Position numbers and translations under genes: made by a program. Shown piece by piece: positions 1 to 9,237 of a stretch of DNA of 34,105 bases (position 1 is its first letter; each line of letters starts with the position of its first letter). The stretch is from a virus: the UHGV virus genome UHGV-0177136, one strand, 5' to 3'. The notes below the pieces were generated by a model. The model saw only the letters and a program-made list of their open reading frames with translations, ran no database searches and was not told where the DNA came from.

Positions 1-542
1 GAGGGCCACGGAACGGGCACACCAACGGGCAGTGCAGAGCCTTCCCCCAAACCAAGGTTTTTGACAAACAGCGCAGGCTCAGGAATATCTGCGCCGTTCT
101 GGTCTTTAGCCAGCTTTTCCGCCAGCTTGTTCAGTACCGTAGTCGCAAAGTTTGGATCATTACCGAGAGCGTCAGCCAGCTCTTTAAGCGTATCCAGTGT
201 CTCAGGGGCGCTGCCTGCAAGTGCCGCAAGTGCTTTGGCCACAAACTCCGTCGTCGCCAGCTTTTTGCTGTTATCACCATTTGCAGGTGTAGGTGCTGTT
301 GGTGTGCCGGTGAATGTCGGACTGGCTTTCGTCGCGTACTGGGTATGCGGGTCAACTGCCGCGATATGTGCAGCCAGGTCTGTTCCGCTTTTTTCGACCT
401 TCTGTTTGAGGTATGACGTTCGGCTGGCCAGTTGTTTAGCTTGGCGGTTAGAAATTCCGTCAGGTCCGCCCAGAACGGGGTCAGAGACCTCAATCTGGTA
501 GATGCCGCTTTCCCACTGCGGGGTTTCGGGTAGATTTGCCAT
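1..542 (-). CDS. tail fibre protein, N-terminal part only (gene continues beyond window start)
   Basis: ATG at 542..540, 2 nt after the stop of the upstream gene. My manual translation reads MANLPETPQWESGIYQIEVSDPVLGGPDGISNRQAKQLASRTSYLKQKVEKSG... with no stop down to at least position 231; not translated for 1..230. This resembles the conserved N-terminus of enterobacterial phage tail fibres. Not in the ORF track because it is open at the edge. Confidence 0.7.
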   Translation of the reverse strand, partial: MANLPETPQWESGIYQIEVSDPVLGGPDGISNRQAKQLASRTSYLKQKVEKSGTDLAAHIAAVDPHTQYATKASPTFTGTPTAPTPANGDNSKKLATTEFVAKALAALAGSAPETLDTLKELADALGNDPNFATTVLNKLAEKLAKDQNGADIPEPALFVKNLGLGEGSALPVGVPVPWP

Positions 543-544
543 AA

Positions 545-1123
545 TTAACTGCTCCCGTGGTTGTAACTACCGTCATAACGGGTAGTACTGTTGTATCGAA
601 TGGCGACAGACTGATATTCCAGACTTGCCAGATGACAGCGAGCCGGAGCAAAGGCAGCAAGCGTCTGACGTAACAGCGCCGCCTGATCGTTAGTGATGGG
701 TTGTTGAAGGATGACGCGATAGACTGCCCAGGCTTGTGCATCACCATGGACGAAAAGCCCGTTGTACGTGTGTCTGCCGTCATAGCCAATCTGCCCCGTA
801 CCTTCAATCAGATCCACTTCGCCGAAGCCAAAACGGCGGATAATTTCCCGGATTGACCACGGTGTTCCTTTATAGCGGTGTAGCTCGATAGCGGATTTGA
901 TAAGCATGCGGCGTACATCGTCCGATTCCGCCAGTTCCCAGCCATCGCCGAACAGCGAGAACTGCTCGCCAAGCCATGGCAGCGCGGAACTGTCGACAAT
1001 ATCGACGAGACCGACCATCAGTACGCTCAGGTCGATGTTATCCAGCCGTCCGGCCAGTCTTCCCAGCGTTCTGAGACTGATATCACCCTCAAGCGGTGGC
1101 GGGAGTTGTAGCACCTCAGCCAT
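545..1123 (-). CDS. tail/baseplate protein, P2 gpI-like
   Basis: 192-aa ORF between the baseplate J-like gene and the tail fibre gene; assignment by position and size. Confidence 0.6.
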   Translation of the reverse strand: MAEVLQLPPPLEGDISLRTLGRLAGRLDNIDLSVLMVGLVDIVDSSALPWLGEQFSLFGDGWELAESDDVRRMLIKSAIELHRYKGTPWSIREIIRRFGFGEVDLIEGTGQIGYDGRHTYNGLFVHGDAQAWAVYRVILQQPITNDQAALLRQTLAAFAPARCHLASLEYQSVAIRYNSTTRYDGSYNHGSS

Positions 1124-2219
1124 CGGACACCCCGGTCATGTTAAGAGTGATCGCTGTACAGTTTGCCCATTCGTTTTCTGCCACCACCCTCAGTGCCGGT
1201 GTCACCAGTTCGACCTGGTACACCCCGGAAACGGACAACACGCTGATAATCTGGCTGGGAACAATATCGCGCCCCAGCGTGGCGGTACGGGATGCCACCC
1301 AGTTCTGTATGGCGCTGTTAGCGTTGTCCTTTACCAACCTTGCATCCTGATCACGATAGATCGTAATCCTGGCTTCAATGGTGTAATCCACCTGAACAGG
1401 TGTTTTAGCCCGCACGGTATCAGTGAGTGGTCTGACTTTTTCGTCAGAACAGAAACTCTCTACCAGAGTGAGGATACTGCTGTCCGGCAGACCAGTGCTG
1501 AGCAGCGGATACAGCTCGACAGTGCCGGGAGCGGGAGAAAGAACAGCAACGTCGACAATGCCGGGATGCGCCCCCATAGCATGAAAACGGTATGCACCAC
1601 GGCTTCCGGCATTGGTGAATGACTCCGGGGCCAGCCTGATACGCTCCCGGAGCCGGTCATCGTCTTCCTGCTCTGAACCGCCAGAGCTGGCCGTCAGATT
1701 GGTCACCAGCAGGTCAATGTTATCAATCTCATCGAGTAACTGACTGACCTGCGCCGGTTGCCAGCCGTTGCCAGCGGTACCCGGCTCGGTACAGGTGGCC
1801 GTGACATTGACCAGCAGCAATCCGGCCTTCAGCACCACATCTGTATCGGTGGCAAAAATAATACTGTCGGAAGCGCTGACGCGGGTGCCTGCCGGGATCA
1901 GCACATCAATGGCCAGTGCCTCATCCACAGAGAACTGAAGTGTGGTGGTGGCAGGCTGCGCAGCAAGGCGGTATATGCCGACCAGTTCACCGAGGTAATC
2001 AATCATCGGCTCACGGGAAAAAGCGACCAGATTCTGCTTCGCCGCCTCCTGTACTGCCACCCTGACCAGCATTTCGCGATAGGCCCACAGGTCAATCAGC
2101 AGACGTTCAGCCTGTGCCGGGTACAGCGTTTTTCCGGTATCCGCTTCATACTTCGCAATCATTTCTGCCGTGATTTTATCGGCATCGCGTTCAATAAAAT
2201 CGGGTTCTGTCAGCGCCAT
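1116..2219 (-). CDS. baseplate J-like protein
   Basis: 367-aa ORF following the gpW-like gene; order V-W-J-I-fibre is typical of P2/Mu contractile tail baseplates. Confidence 0.75.
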   Translation of the reverse strand: MALTEPDFIERDADKITAEMIAKYEADTGKTLYPAQAERLLIDLWAYREMLVRVAVQEAAKQNLVAFSREPMIDYLGELVGIYRLAAQPATTTLQFSVDEALAIDVLIPAGTRVSASDSIIFATDTDVVLKAGLLLVNVTATCTEPGTAGNGWQPAQVSQLLDEIDNIDLLVTNLTASSGGSEQEDDDRLRERIRLAPESFTNAGSRGAYRFHAMGAHPGIVDVAVLSPAPGTVELYPLLSTGLPDSSILTLVESFCSDEKVRPLTDTVRAKTPVQVDYTIEARITIYRDQDARLVKDNANSAIQNWVASRTATLGRDIVPSQIISVLSVSGVYQVELVTPALRVVAENEWANCTAITLNMTGVSDG

Positions 2220-2557
2220 AGCAGTTCCTGAGTACGGGGTTGTCCGTCTGAACCTTTCCAGCTCACCCGGAGCGTAAGATGTTCGCCGTCGACGGCGGGT
2301 TTAACCGACATAAGCTGGCAGCGGGGTTCCCAGCGCCTGATGGCATCGACGGATTCGCGAACCACATGCGGAATGGCCCGGCCGACAGGCCAGTCGATAT
2401 AAAGGTGCAGATTGCTGCCGAACTCCGGGCGATGCGGGTCGCTGCCGCGGGGAGTCCGCAGGATGATCTGGATGGACTGCCGGATATCATCCAGCCCCCG
2501 GACGATTTCGCCGGGAGCCTGCAGAGCTGGTTGCCAGAATACTGAGGTCGTTTTCAT
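2210..2557 (-). CDS. baseplate protein gpW/gp25-like
   Basis: 115-aa ORF between the spike and J-like genes; size and position typical of the gpW family. Confidence 0.7.
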   Translation of the reverse strand: MKTTSVFWQPALQAPGEIVRGLDDIRQSIQIILRTPRGSDPHRPEFGSNLHLYIDWPVGRAIPHVVRESVDAIRRWEPRCQLMSVKPAVDGEHLTLRVSWKGSDGQPRTQELLWR

Positions 2558-2613
2558 GGAGGCAGTATTGCCCCCGGGAAGTAAGCGCCGATATTAAAGG
2601 CGTTTAAGAAGGT

Positions 2614-3141
2614 TCAATGGGAATGGTGATTAGAGTTCTGACCATCAGCAAATATGTTACCCGTTGCATGGGCGCTTCCGTTGATTTCCAGATCACCATT
2701 GAGTGTCGCGGGGCCGTTGATCGTGGTAACTCCCGTGAGGTCGAGGTTTTTCCCTTTGAGAGAGATATCAGCGGCAACCTCCACCACGATACGCTCAATA
2801 CCTCCTCTGACCGTCAGCGTATGGGTCGCGCGGTTATAACTGAACTCCGCGCCATCAGCGTATTTCGTACCCCGGACGTTTTTATCACTGAACGGCGGTT
2901 TATCGACGTCTGAGTACACCGCGCCCAGAATAACACCATCCTCGCCGTTGGCATCGAGCAGCACCTCAACCTGCTCCCCCACGTCAGGGAGCCAGTAATC
3001 CTTGTTATCCTGGGTATTGCGCTGTAGCACGTTAAGCCAGTTTGTGCGCAGATTATCGCATTCAGGCAGACGAACGCGGGCCTGAACCCTGTCGGCATCA
3101 ACGGCACTGACCGTACCGATCTGACGGGTGACACCAGTCAT
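2614..3141 (-). CDS. baseplate spike protein, gpV-like
   Basis: 175-aa ORF with N-terminal OB-like region and Gly/Asn-rich C-terminus, downstream of the gpD-like gene. Confidence 0.75.
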   Translation of the reverse strand: MTGVTRQIGTVSAVDADRVQARVRLPECDNLRTNWLNVLQRNTQDNKDYWLPDVGEQVEVLLDANGEDGVILGAVYSDVDKPPFSDKNVRGTKYADGAEFSYNRATHTLTVRGGIERIVVEVAADISLKGKNLDLTGVTTINGPATLNGDLEINGSAHATGNIFADGQNSNHHSH

Positions 3142-4292
3142 TTTTTCTTCTCCTTAATCACCGTCGATGTACTGCCATCCGGGTGATAAACCGTGAGTTT
3201 CTGAGTTTTTTGTTTTTTCCCTCTTGTGACTGGCCCCCGTGCCACTTCCAGCTCTGTGGTGTAGCCGCTGTTACGCTCAAACGCATGGCGGGCAGTGATT
3301 ATCAGCCATGGACCGGATAACTGTCCAAAGCCCACCAGTTCAATTTTGTTGCCTGCTGTCAGTTGAGGCGTTCCCGTCAGCGTCAGGGAGCCGTTCTGCT
3401 GGTATTCGTTATGTCTGGCCAGTGCTGAATCCGCTTTAATCCGGGCGCTGTCCGGGTCGCTGACGCGGCTGTTAACTTTAAGTGAGTCAGCGCTGGTAAC
3501 CTTACCGCCTTTGAGCTTTTTGTCGCTTTCACGGGTACCACCATCAGCTTCGTAGACGATCAGTTTTTTACTGCTGCTTTTCTGGTGTTTTACCTTTGCA
3601 GATTTATAGACCCGGTTGATGGTGTCACGCAGGGAAAAGCGGGCCACACCCTGCGGTTTTAACTGCCTGACCGGCTCCTGACTGCGCAGTGTGGCCAGAT
3701 GAGAAAAAATCAACTGGTCACTGACCACTTTCACTGCATAACCATACTCGCTGGCCAGCCGGCGCAGAAAACCCACGTCGGTTTCAGCATACTGGGTCAC
3801 CCGGTCGATTTTGATGGACTCAATGCTGCCCACCAGTTTCAGTCGGTGCTTTCTGGCAATCCGCCCCGCAACAGCTGCCAGCGTGGTGTTCTCAAAACCA
3901 CGGCTGGATTTAGTCCGCAGAGCACTGTTAACCGAGGTGGCCACCCCACGGATAGCGACAACGGACGCGGGCGAACTCACTTCGATCTCGTCTATTGAGA
4001 ATGTACCGCAGGACAGCAGTTTCTCGCCCTGATAACCCATTTTCAGCGTCAGCGTGTCACCCTTGCCCGGATACCACTTATCCAGCCAGCGACCATCGGT
4101 GTCATCCAGCTCCACCTCAATGGTATCGGACTCATTTTTGATGTTATCGCTCCAGACCACACGGGTGACATAAGGCGCGATATCAGAGGTGATGTTTTTC
4201 TGCAGATACCACAGAGTGAATACCGGCGTCAGCACATCGCTGACGCCGGTTAACGCTGATGTGGCTTGCGCAGTACTGTTTATCTCAGCCAT
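3138..4292 (-). CDS. baseplate hub protein, late control gene D (gpD)-like
   Basis: 384-aa ORF following the tail protein X-like gene; position and size consistent with gpD family. Confidence 0.7.
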   Translation of the reverse strand: MAEINSTAQATSALTGVSDVLTPVFTLWYLQKNITSDIAPYVTRVVWSDNIKNESDTIEVELDDTDGRWLDKWYPGKGDTLTLKMGYQGEKLLSCGTFSIDEIEVSSPASVVAIRGVATSVNSALRTKSSRGFENTTLAAVAGRIARKHRLKLVGSIESIKIDRVTQYAETDVGFLRRLASEYGYAVKVVSDQLIFSHLATLRSQEPVRQLKPQGVARFSLRDTINRVYKSAKVKHQKSSSKKLIVYEADGGTRESDKKLKGGKVTSADSLKVNSRVSDPDSARIKADSALARHNEYQQNGSLTLTGTPQLTAGNKIELVGFGQLSGPWLIITARHAFERNSGYTTELEVARGPVTRGKKQKTQKLTVYHPDGSTSTVIKEKKK

Positions 4293-4495
4293 GGGGCAAT
4301 ATCCTCTTCTGTACGGGCATCTTCAGCCTCAATAACCGGGATCAGTAACAACAACCCGGAGGGCAGCACCGGCGTAATGGCCACGTGCGGATTGGCTGCA
4401 ATAATCCGGGGATAGCCCAGCGGGTCACCGTAGTACTGCCATGCCAGCGAATCCCAGCGCTCTCCGTCACGGGTAATATGTTCAAGAAACATCAC
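4280..4495 (-). CDS. tail protein X-like (LysM-like small tail protein)
   Basis: 71-aa ORF (MMFLEHITRDGERWDSLAWQYYGDP...) resembling P2 gpX; overlaps neighbours by a few nt. Confidence 0.6.
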   Translation of the reverse strand: MMFLEHITRDGERWDSLAWQYYGDPLGYPRIIAANPHVAITPVLPSGLLLLIPVIEAEDARTEEDIAPWLR

Positions 4496-5376
4496 ACACT
4501 CCTCGTCAGTATTCTGGCGGCCATTGCACTTAATCCCGGAGACATGCGGTTGAATGCTGTGCCGGCGGCGTTAAGCTGCCCGGAAACGGTATCCAGAGCA
4601 CCTGCAATATTTCTTTTGTCCACACCACTCAGCGCCGACTGCGCCTGCTGTACATACGTGGCTGCCTCACTGGCTGTTCTGGCCAGACTGATGGCATCGG
4701 GCATGGATTCAGAGAGTGCATTAAACGCCGGAACACTTTTCCCCAGAGCTCCGGATATATTACCCAGTCCGCTCATCAGTCCCGGCACACGGGTCAGCGC
4801 GACAACGGGGTTACCCTTCATTTTCTGCGCCACCCGAACGGCACTGATAGTGGTCTGGAGTACAGACTGCGCCTGTTTCGCATAGTTGACGCCGTTACGG
4901 ACGAACTGCGCCACCCCGGAAGGCGATGGAACAGCACCCGATACAGCTCCGGCACCGGGAACCTGCCTGCGTATTGCCGGCGGTTGCAGAGGATTTTTCG
5001 GGTCACCGGTGTATTCCCGGAGAGACACGGTGGCACTGACAACCAGCACGTTACCGGTGCTGTCTGTCTGCTCGCTGGTTGCGGTCACATCGGTAATCAC
5101 GAACCAGCCGCGATAGTCACCGTTGCCGAAGACCAGCGCCAGTGCCTGATGGGCCTTCATGGCTGTTCGCACTCTCGCCAGCTCCACGTCGGGCACACAA
5201 TAATGCTGATGGAAGACCAGGCTTATCTGGATTTCGTCCAGCCTGTCGCCGACAAACTGCAGGCCGGGTTTACCCTCGATGCGGGCATGCTCCGCATAAT
5301 CGACGCCGAACGTGGCCTCGAAGCCGTCCCAGTAGGTAATCAGTTCAAACTCAATATCACCCAGTACGGCAAACAT
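4492..5376 (-). CDS. tail protein, gpU / DNA-circularisation-protein-like
   Basis: 294-aa ORF immediately downstream of the tape measure gene; N-terminal region resembles P2 gpU-type tail proteins; C-terminal Ala/Ser/Gly-rich extension. Confidence 0.55.
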   Translation of the reverse strand: MFAVLGDIEFELITYWDGFEATFGVDYAEHARIEGKPGLQFVGDRLDEIQISLVFHQHYCVPDVELARVRTAMKAHQALALVFGNGDYRGWFVITDVTATSEQTDSTGNVLVVSATVSLREYTGDPKNPLQPPAIRRQVPGAGAVSGAVPSPSGVAQFVRNGVNYAKQAQSVLQTTISAVRVAQKMKGNPVVALTRVPGLMSGLGNISGALGKSVPAFNALSESMPDAISLARTASEAATYVQQAQSALSGVDKRNIAGALDTVSGQLNAAGTAFNRMSPGLSAMAARILTRSV

Positions 5377-7841
5377 CAGCTGTACTCCTTACGTTGTTTC
5401 TGAGCCAGCAGACGCTCCAGCATTTTTTCCAGCTCATGCAGGCTCATATTCAGGGCACCAGTCAGCCCGGCAGGCGCTGCGGTTTCCTTACCATTGAGGA
5501 AAAACTGAGGATTAAAGCTGACCTGGATACCGCCAGACGCTCCACCGCCAGTTGCAGTTGCGCCACGGCCTGAATATCCGGCAGCCATGATTTCCGGCGA
5601 CGGGATACGGGGAACATCCGGTGTCATTTCAGCGGCCAGGCGCTGCCCGGCCAGTGCAGCAAGCGGAGTGGTCCGTTGCAGGCCAATGGCGGCACCCTGC
5701 GCGATATTGTCACCAAAGCCCATAAACACGCGACTCGGTGAATGAATGCCCAGCTTTTCGCTGAACCAGTCACTGATGCTGTCACCCATTCCGGTTACGC
5801 TGGTTTTGAGTGACGCCCATTTGTTTCTGATGCCATTTATCAACCCGTCAATAAGATGACCACCGAAGTCGGTGAATTTCGCCGGCAGATCAACGCCGAG
5901 ATATTTCAGCGCAGCCGCAAAGGCTTTATAAAGCAGACCAGCCGGAGACCAGTTAACCAGCAGTTTACCAATTCCCACGATGCCGCCGTTAAAGGCTTCC
6001 TGAATGTCAGCCCAGCGCTGTTTAAACCAGCTACTGACTGCGCCCCAGTTGCGGTAGATAAGGTAAGCTGCTGCCGCGACGGCGGTGATAACGAGACCGA
6101 TGGGATTCATCAGCAGCGCCCGGCCAATCCAGAGAACGGCACGCCCGGCGTTCATAATTCCGCGAACCAGCCCCCCTGAGAGCACACCACCCAGTGTTCT
6201 GGCTCCTCTGGCGACAGCACCAAAGCCTGTCACCAGCCAGCGGAGTTTACCGCCTTCCCCCAGTGCGAGCGTCAGACGAAGCCAGTTGGCCCGAAGTAAA
6301 ACAGCATTTTTCCAGACGCTTACAAAGGGGGAAAGAAGGAGATTCAGCCCAAGCTTGAGACCGATAGTGGCCATCCTGAAAGCGAGTAATGCGCCCACAA
6401 CCTTTATGGTGCTGCTGACGAGCTGCGGATTTGCCGCTATCCATTTGCCAACACTGTCCATTAAAGGAATAAATGTTTCACCCAACTGGAGCAAAGCCGG
6501 ACGCAAGGATTGCCCGATGCTGATAGCAGAATCATTAAAGCCGATCTGCATTCTGCGCCAGCGACCTTCAAGCGTATCATTCTGCTTTGCAGCATCCTTA
6601 TCCAGGGTAGACATTGCTGCCGGAGCATTCATTTCCTGCTTACTGGAAAGGTATTTATCCCAGCCCTGTCGCATTGACAGTAAATGGTTGACAGTCTGAA
6701 TATCGGTAAAGACCTCAGCCAGACCAAATGACTCCATGAGTTTCTGCTGACCTTCCTGATCGCCTCTTGCTCCTGCAGCTTTCCATTGCTGCAAGAACGC
6801 TTTGCCTTTACTGTCGATAAAACGGTTGGCAATCATCAGTGAAGCTTCGTACTGCGAAAAACCCTGAGCGACGTAATTCTGCATTGACCCCTGGTAATCC
6901 ACCCCGGCTTTAGCATATTTCTGGATGGTATCTCCGCGGCCCATTGCTGCCAGCCAGTTGGACATATTGGTGACCGCTTCCTCTGCAGAGCCACTACCTT
7001 TACCGACCTCCAGACTGGCAACAATCTGGGTAATCGCATCTTTTCCATAAATACCACGAGCAGCGAAGGCTTTAGCCATACCGGGTAATGCTTTTGCCAT
7101 ATCCTTCAGCTCAAATGACCCAAGTTTGGCTCCTGTTGCCGCAATACCAAACGCCTGTTCAAGTTCTTTCGCATCAGTGATTCTGAGTGCATCGCTGAAG
7201 GCATAAGTCATTTTGGCAAGGTCGGTCATATCGGCTTTGGTTGCTGTAGCGGTCTTTCCAAGCATCTCTGCAAACGTTGCTGCCCGTTCGGGGGCCATAC
7301 CATCAGCAACTAATTGTCCGACTCCCCCTAACAGAGACTCCTGCAGTTGGTTAACCTTCAGCGAGGCCTGTTTGATAGCCTGGCCAATTGCACGTTCCTG
7401 TTTTGCATCCAGGTCTCCTGTGACACTGATATCCCGCAACTGTGATTCAAACGAGGCATATTGTTTAACCGAGGCCATGACCGGTGCGCCCAGCGTTCTG
7501 CCAATAGCATAGGTTTCTGCACCCTGACCATAGAGCGCCAGGCGGTTAGCCTTCAACGCATCACCGATGGCTGATACTGCTGACAGACGGCGCTGCTGAC
7601 GTTCAATTTGCTCCATGGTGCGGCTTACCCGCAGCAGCTCGCTGTTGAGATGCTGCATCCGGGAAGAACCCAGTTGACCATAACGTTCTGTTGCACGGGT
7701 TAAAGCGTTCTGACGTTCCTGCAGGCGGCGTGAGGTATCGCTCAGGGAATCAAGCGCACGGCGGGTACCGCTCATTGCAGAACGGAATGTGCTGCCAACC
7801 ATCCCGCCGATAACAACGCCGACTGAAAACTGTCCCGACAT
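5376..7841 (-). CDS. tail tape measure protein
   Basis: 821-aa ORF, largest in the tail module, downstream of the chaperone pair; Ala/Gly-rich with hydrophobic segments typical of tape measure proteins. Confidence 0.8.
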   Translation of the reverse strand: MSGQFSVGVVIGGMVGSTFRSAMSGTRRALDSLSDTSRRLQERQNALTRATERYGQLGSSRMQHLNSELLRVSRTMEQIERQQRRLSAVSAIGDALKANRLALYGQGAETYAIGRTLGAPVMASVKQYASFESQLRDISVTGDLDAKQERAIGQAIKQASLKVNQLQESLLGGVGQLVADGMAPERAATFAEMLGKTATATKADMTDLAKMTYAFSDALRITDAKELEQAFGIAATGAKLGSFELKDMAKALPGMAKAFAARGIYGKDAITQIVASLEVGKGSGSAEEAVTNMSNWLAAMGRGDTIQKYAKAGVDYQGSMQNYVAQGFSQYEASLMIANRFIDSKGKAFLQQWKAAGARGDQEGQQKLMESFGLAEVFTDIQTVNHLLSMRQGWDKYLSSKQEMNAPAAMSTLDKDAAKQNDTLEGRWRRMQIGFNDSAISIGQSLRPALLQLGETFIPLMDSVGKWIAANPQLVSSTIKVVGALLAFRMATIGLKLGLNLLLSPFVSVWKNAVLLRANWLRLTLALGEGGKLRWLVTGFGAVARGARTLGGVLSGGLVRGIMNAGRAVLWIGRALLMNPIGLVITAVAAAAYLIYRNWGAVSSWFKQRWADIQEAFNGGIVGIGKLLVNWSPAGLLYKAFAAALKYLGVDLPAKFTDFGGHLIDGLINGIRNKWASLKTSVTGMGDSISDWFSEKLGIHSPSRVFMGFGDNIAQGAAIGLQRTTPLAALAGQRLAAEMTPDVPRIPSPEIMAAGYSGRGATATGGGASGGIQVSFNPQFFLNGKETAAPAGLTGALNMSLHELEKMLERLLAQKQRKEYS

Positions 7842-7916
7842 AGTGGTTAACCTCCGGGGAAGGTGAAAAGACGTGAGGGGATAACGCAGAACAGCCGCTA
7901 CTGGCGGCTGTCTGTA

Positions 7917-8174
7917 CTATGATTTGTCGCCGAACTCGCTTTTGATTTGCACTTCAGCCTGCTCCAGCCACATCTCCAGATCGTCAGTATCGAGGGCATC
8001 AATCTCCCCCGGTTGAAACCTGAACCATCTCGCCAGCAGGCCCTGCGCCTGCATCAGTGTTTTTGTCGCTCTTGCCCAGCCCAGTGATTTTCTGAAATCG
8101 TTTCTGCAGCTCCATATAGTCGGCAAGATCCATGTTATCGAGGTCTTCCGGGAGGATACCGGTGCTACGGGCAA
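7917..8174 (-). other. overlapping ORF in the +1 frame relative to the chaperone ORF, candidate frameshift extension (GT-like)
   Basis: 85-codon ORF overlapping the 3' half of 7999..8340 and extending 82 bp beyond its stop, at the conserved position of programmed-frameshift tail chaperones. Confidence 0.45.
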
Positions 8175-8340
8175 TCAGTGGTTCGTCCCAGTCTGCCGGG
8201 TCTTTGTTGATTTTGCGCACCTGCTTCAGGTCTTTTACTGTCAGGCGTTTCAGTTCAATCTGTTCAATTCTGGTACCTGCAGCAGTGGTGAAAGGATAAG
8301 ACAGCGTAAAAGTATCGGACTGGGTCTGTGACATGATCAT
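7999..8340 (-). CDS. tail assembly chaperone (G-like)
   Basis: 113-aa ORF between tube and tape measure genes; RBS AAGGAGT upstream of ATG at 8340. Confidence 0.6.
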   Translation of the reverse strand: MIMSQTQSDTFTLSYPFTTAAGTRIEQIELKRLTVKDLKQVRKINKDPADWDEPLIARSTGILPEDLDNMDLADYMELQKRFQKITGLGKSDKNTDAGAGPAGEMVQVSTGGD

Positions 8341-8355
8341 ACTCCTTTGTAAATT

Positions 8356-8395
8356 CAGAGCAGTATGTCTGGCGGTGGACGTGACGGATATTAAA
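8356..8395 (-). promoter_or_regulatory. diverged third copy of the late-promoter-like motif, upstream of the tail chaperone gene
   Basis: Minus-sense TTTAATATCCGTCACGTCCACCGCCAGACATACTGCTCTG; shares TAA(A/T)ATCCGT and a CTG-initiated 8-mer at the same spacing. Confidence 0.35.
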
Positions 8396-8409
8396 GGGGA
8401 TTAAGAAGA

Positions 8410-8425
8410 AGGGGCCGGAGCCCCT
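8410..8425 (-). terminator. short GC hairpin (AGGGGC-TCCG-GCCCCT, minus sense) followed by TCTTCTTAAT; candidate terminator after the tube-region genes
   Basis: Perfect 6-bp stem with 4-nt loop just downstream of the stop of ORF 8432..8713. Confidence 0.35.
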
Positions 8426-8431
8426 GTGATG

Positions 8432-8713
8432 TCAGCAAGTGCGAAAACCCTTGCAGTTACGCAGGAAAGCGATGAGAAGCGCCTTTCCCTCAGATTTGCC
8501 GGTGCCGGAGAACCAGTGGTCGGGCGGCTCCCATGCTTCAATCAAATCGGCCAGTTTGCGGGCCTTTGAACGTGTGCAGTCAATCGGGTCATTGGTTTTA
8601 CGGGTATTAAAGAGGGTCTCCACCCCCGGAATATCAAGGAGGGTAAACCACGTACCATTTGACATGCCCAGTGACGCACATCGCCCTCCTTTGTCAGTCA
8701 GTTCAACACTCAC
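8432..8713 (-). CDS. hypothetical protein
   Basis: 93-aa ORF directly after the tail tube gene; no recognisable motif. Confidence 0.4.
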   Translation of the reverse strand: MSVELTDKGGRCASLGMSNGTWFTLLDIPGVETLFNTRKTNDPIDCTRSKARKLADLIEAWEPPDHWFSGTGKSEGKALLIAFLRNCKGFRTC

Positions 8714-8715
8714 CG

Positions 8716-9237
8716 TCAGCCCCCGATATTGATTCGATAGTCAGTCAGTTGATCAACGCCACCGACGCGGAAGATGTTGGCCAGATAGTCCAGTTGCAGC
8801 AACTCTTCACCATCCAGTACCTGTCTGATATACGTGCAGGTGAAGCTACTGGAGAACTCGGCGTTCTCGTGCTGTTTGAACGTCCCCAGCGGGTTCTTCT
8901 TGAACATAATTGTCAGGAAGGTGACCAGCGGGATTTCGTCGATCAGCCCCTGCGAGCTGTAGCGCTGGACGCTGGAGCGACACTGCAGCGCCAGCGACTT
9001 GTACGGGTTCGCGGCAGACAACATCGCATCGCGGTAAAAGCTGTTCCATTTGATTTCGCCTTCCAGTTTGTCAAAACCAGCCGGGAGTTCCACCTTACCC
9101 ACCATCCCCAGTGCCTTGTGCTCCTGCATAATCATGGAGACATCGGGGAGTTTAACTTCCTCAGCCCGTCCCAGCAGGTTAGTACCATCCAGATAGATGT
9201 TGGCATTCGTGATTCGGTTTATCTCAATCTTTGACAT
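8716..9237 (-). CDS. tail tube protein
   Basis: 173-aa ORF immediately after the sheath gene; size and position typical of P2 FII / Mu M-type tube proteins. Confidence 0.75.
   Translation of the reverse strand: MSKIEINRITNANIYLDGTNLLGRAEEVKLPDVSMIMQEHKALGMVGKVELPAGFDKLEGEIKWNSFYRDAMLSAANPYKSLALQCRSSVQRYSSQGLIDEIPLVTFLTIMFKKNPLGTFKQHENAEFSSSFTCTYIRQVLDGEELLQLDYLANIFRVGGVDQLTDYRINIGG

Noticed and set aside
61-501. Plus-strand 146-aa ORF at the left edge (and minus ORF 131..493)
   Set aside because: Low-complexity Ala/Ser-rich translation; the minus-strand frame starting at ATG 542 gives a clean tail-fibre N-terminus, so these are shadow frames of the tail fibre gene.
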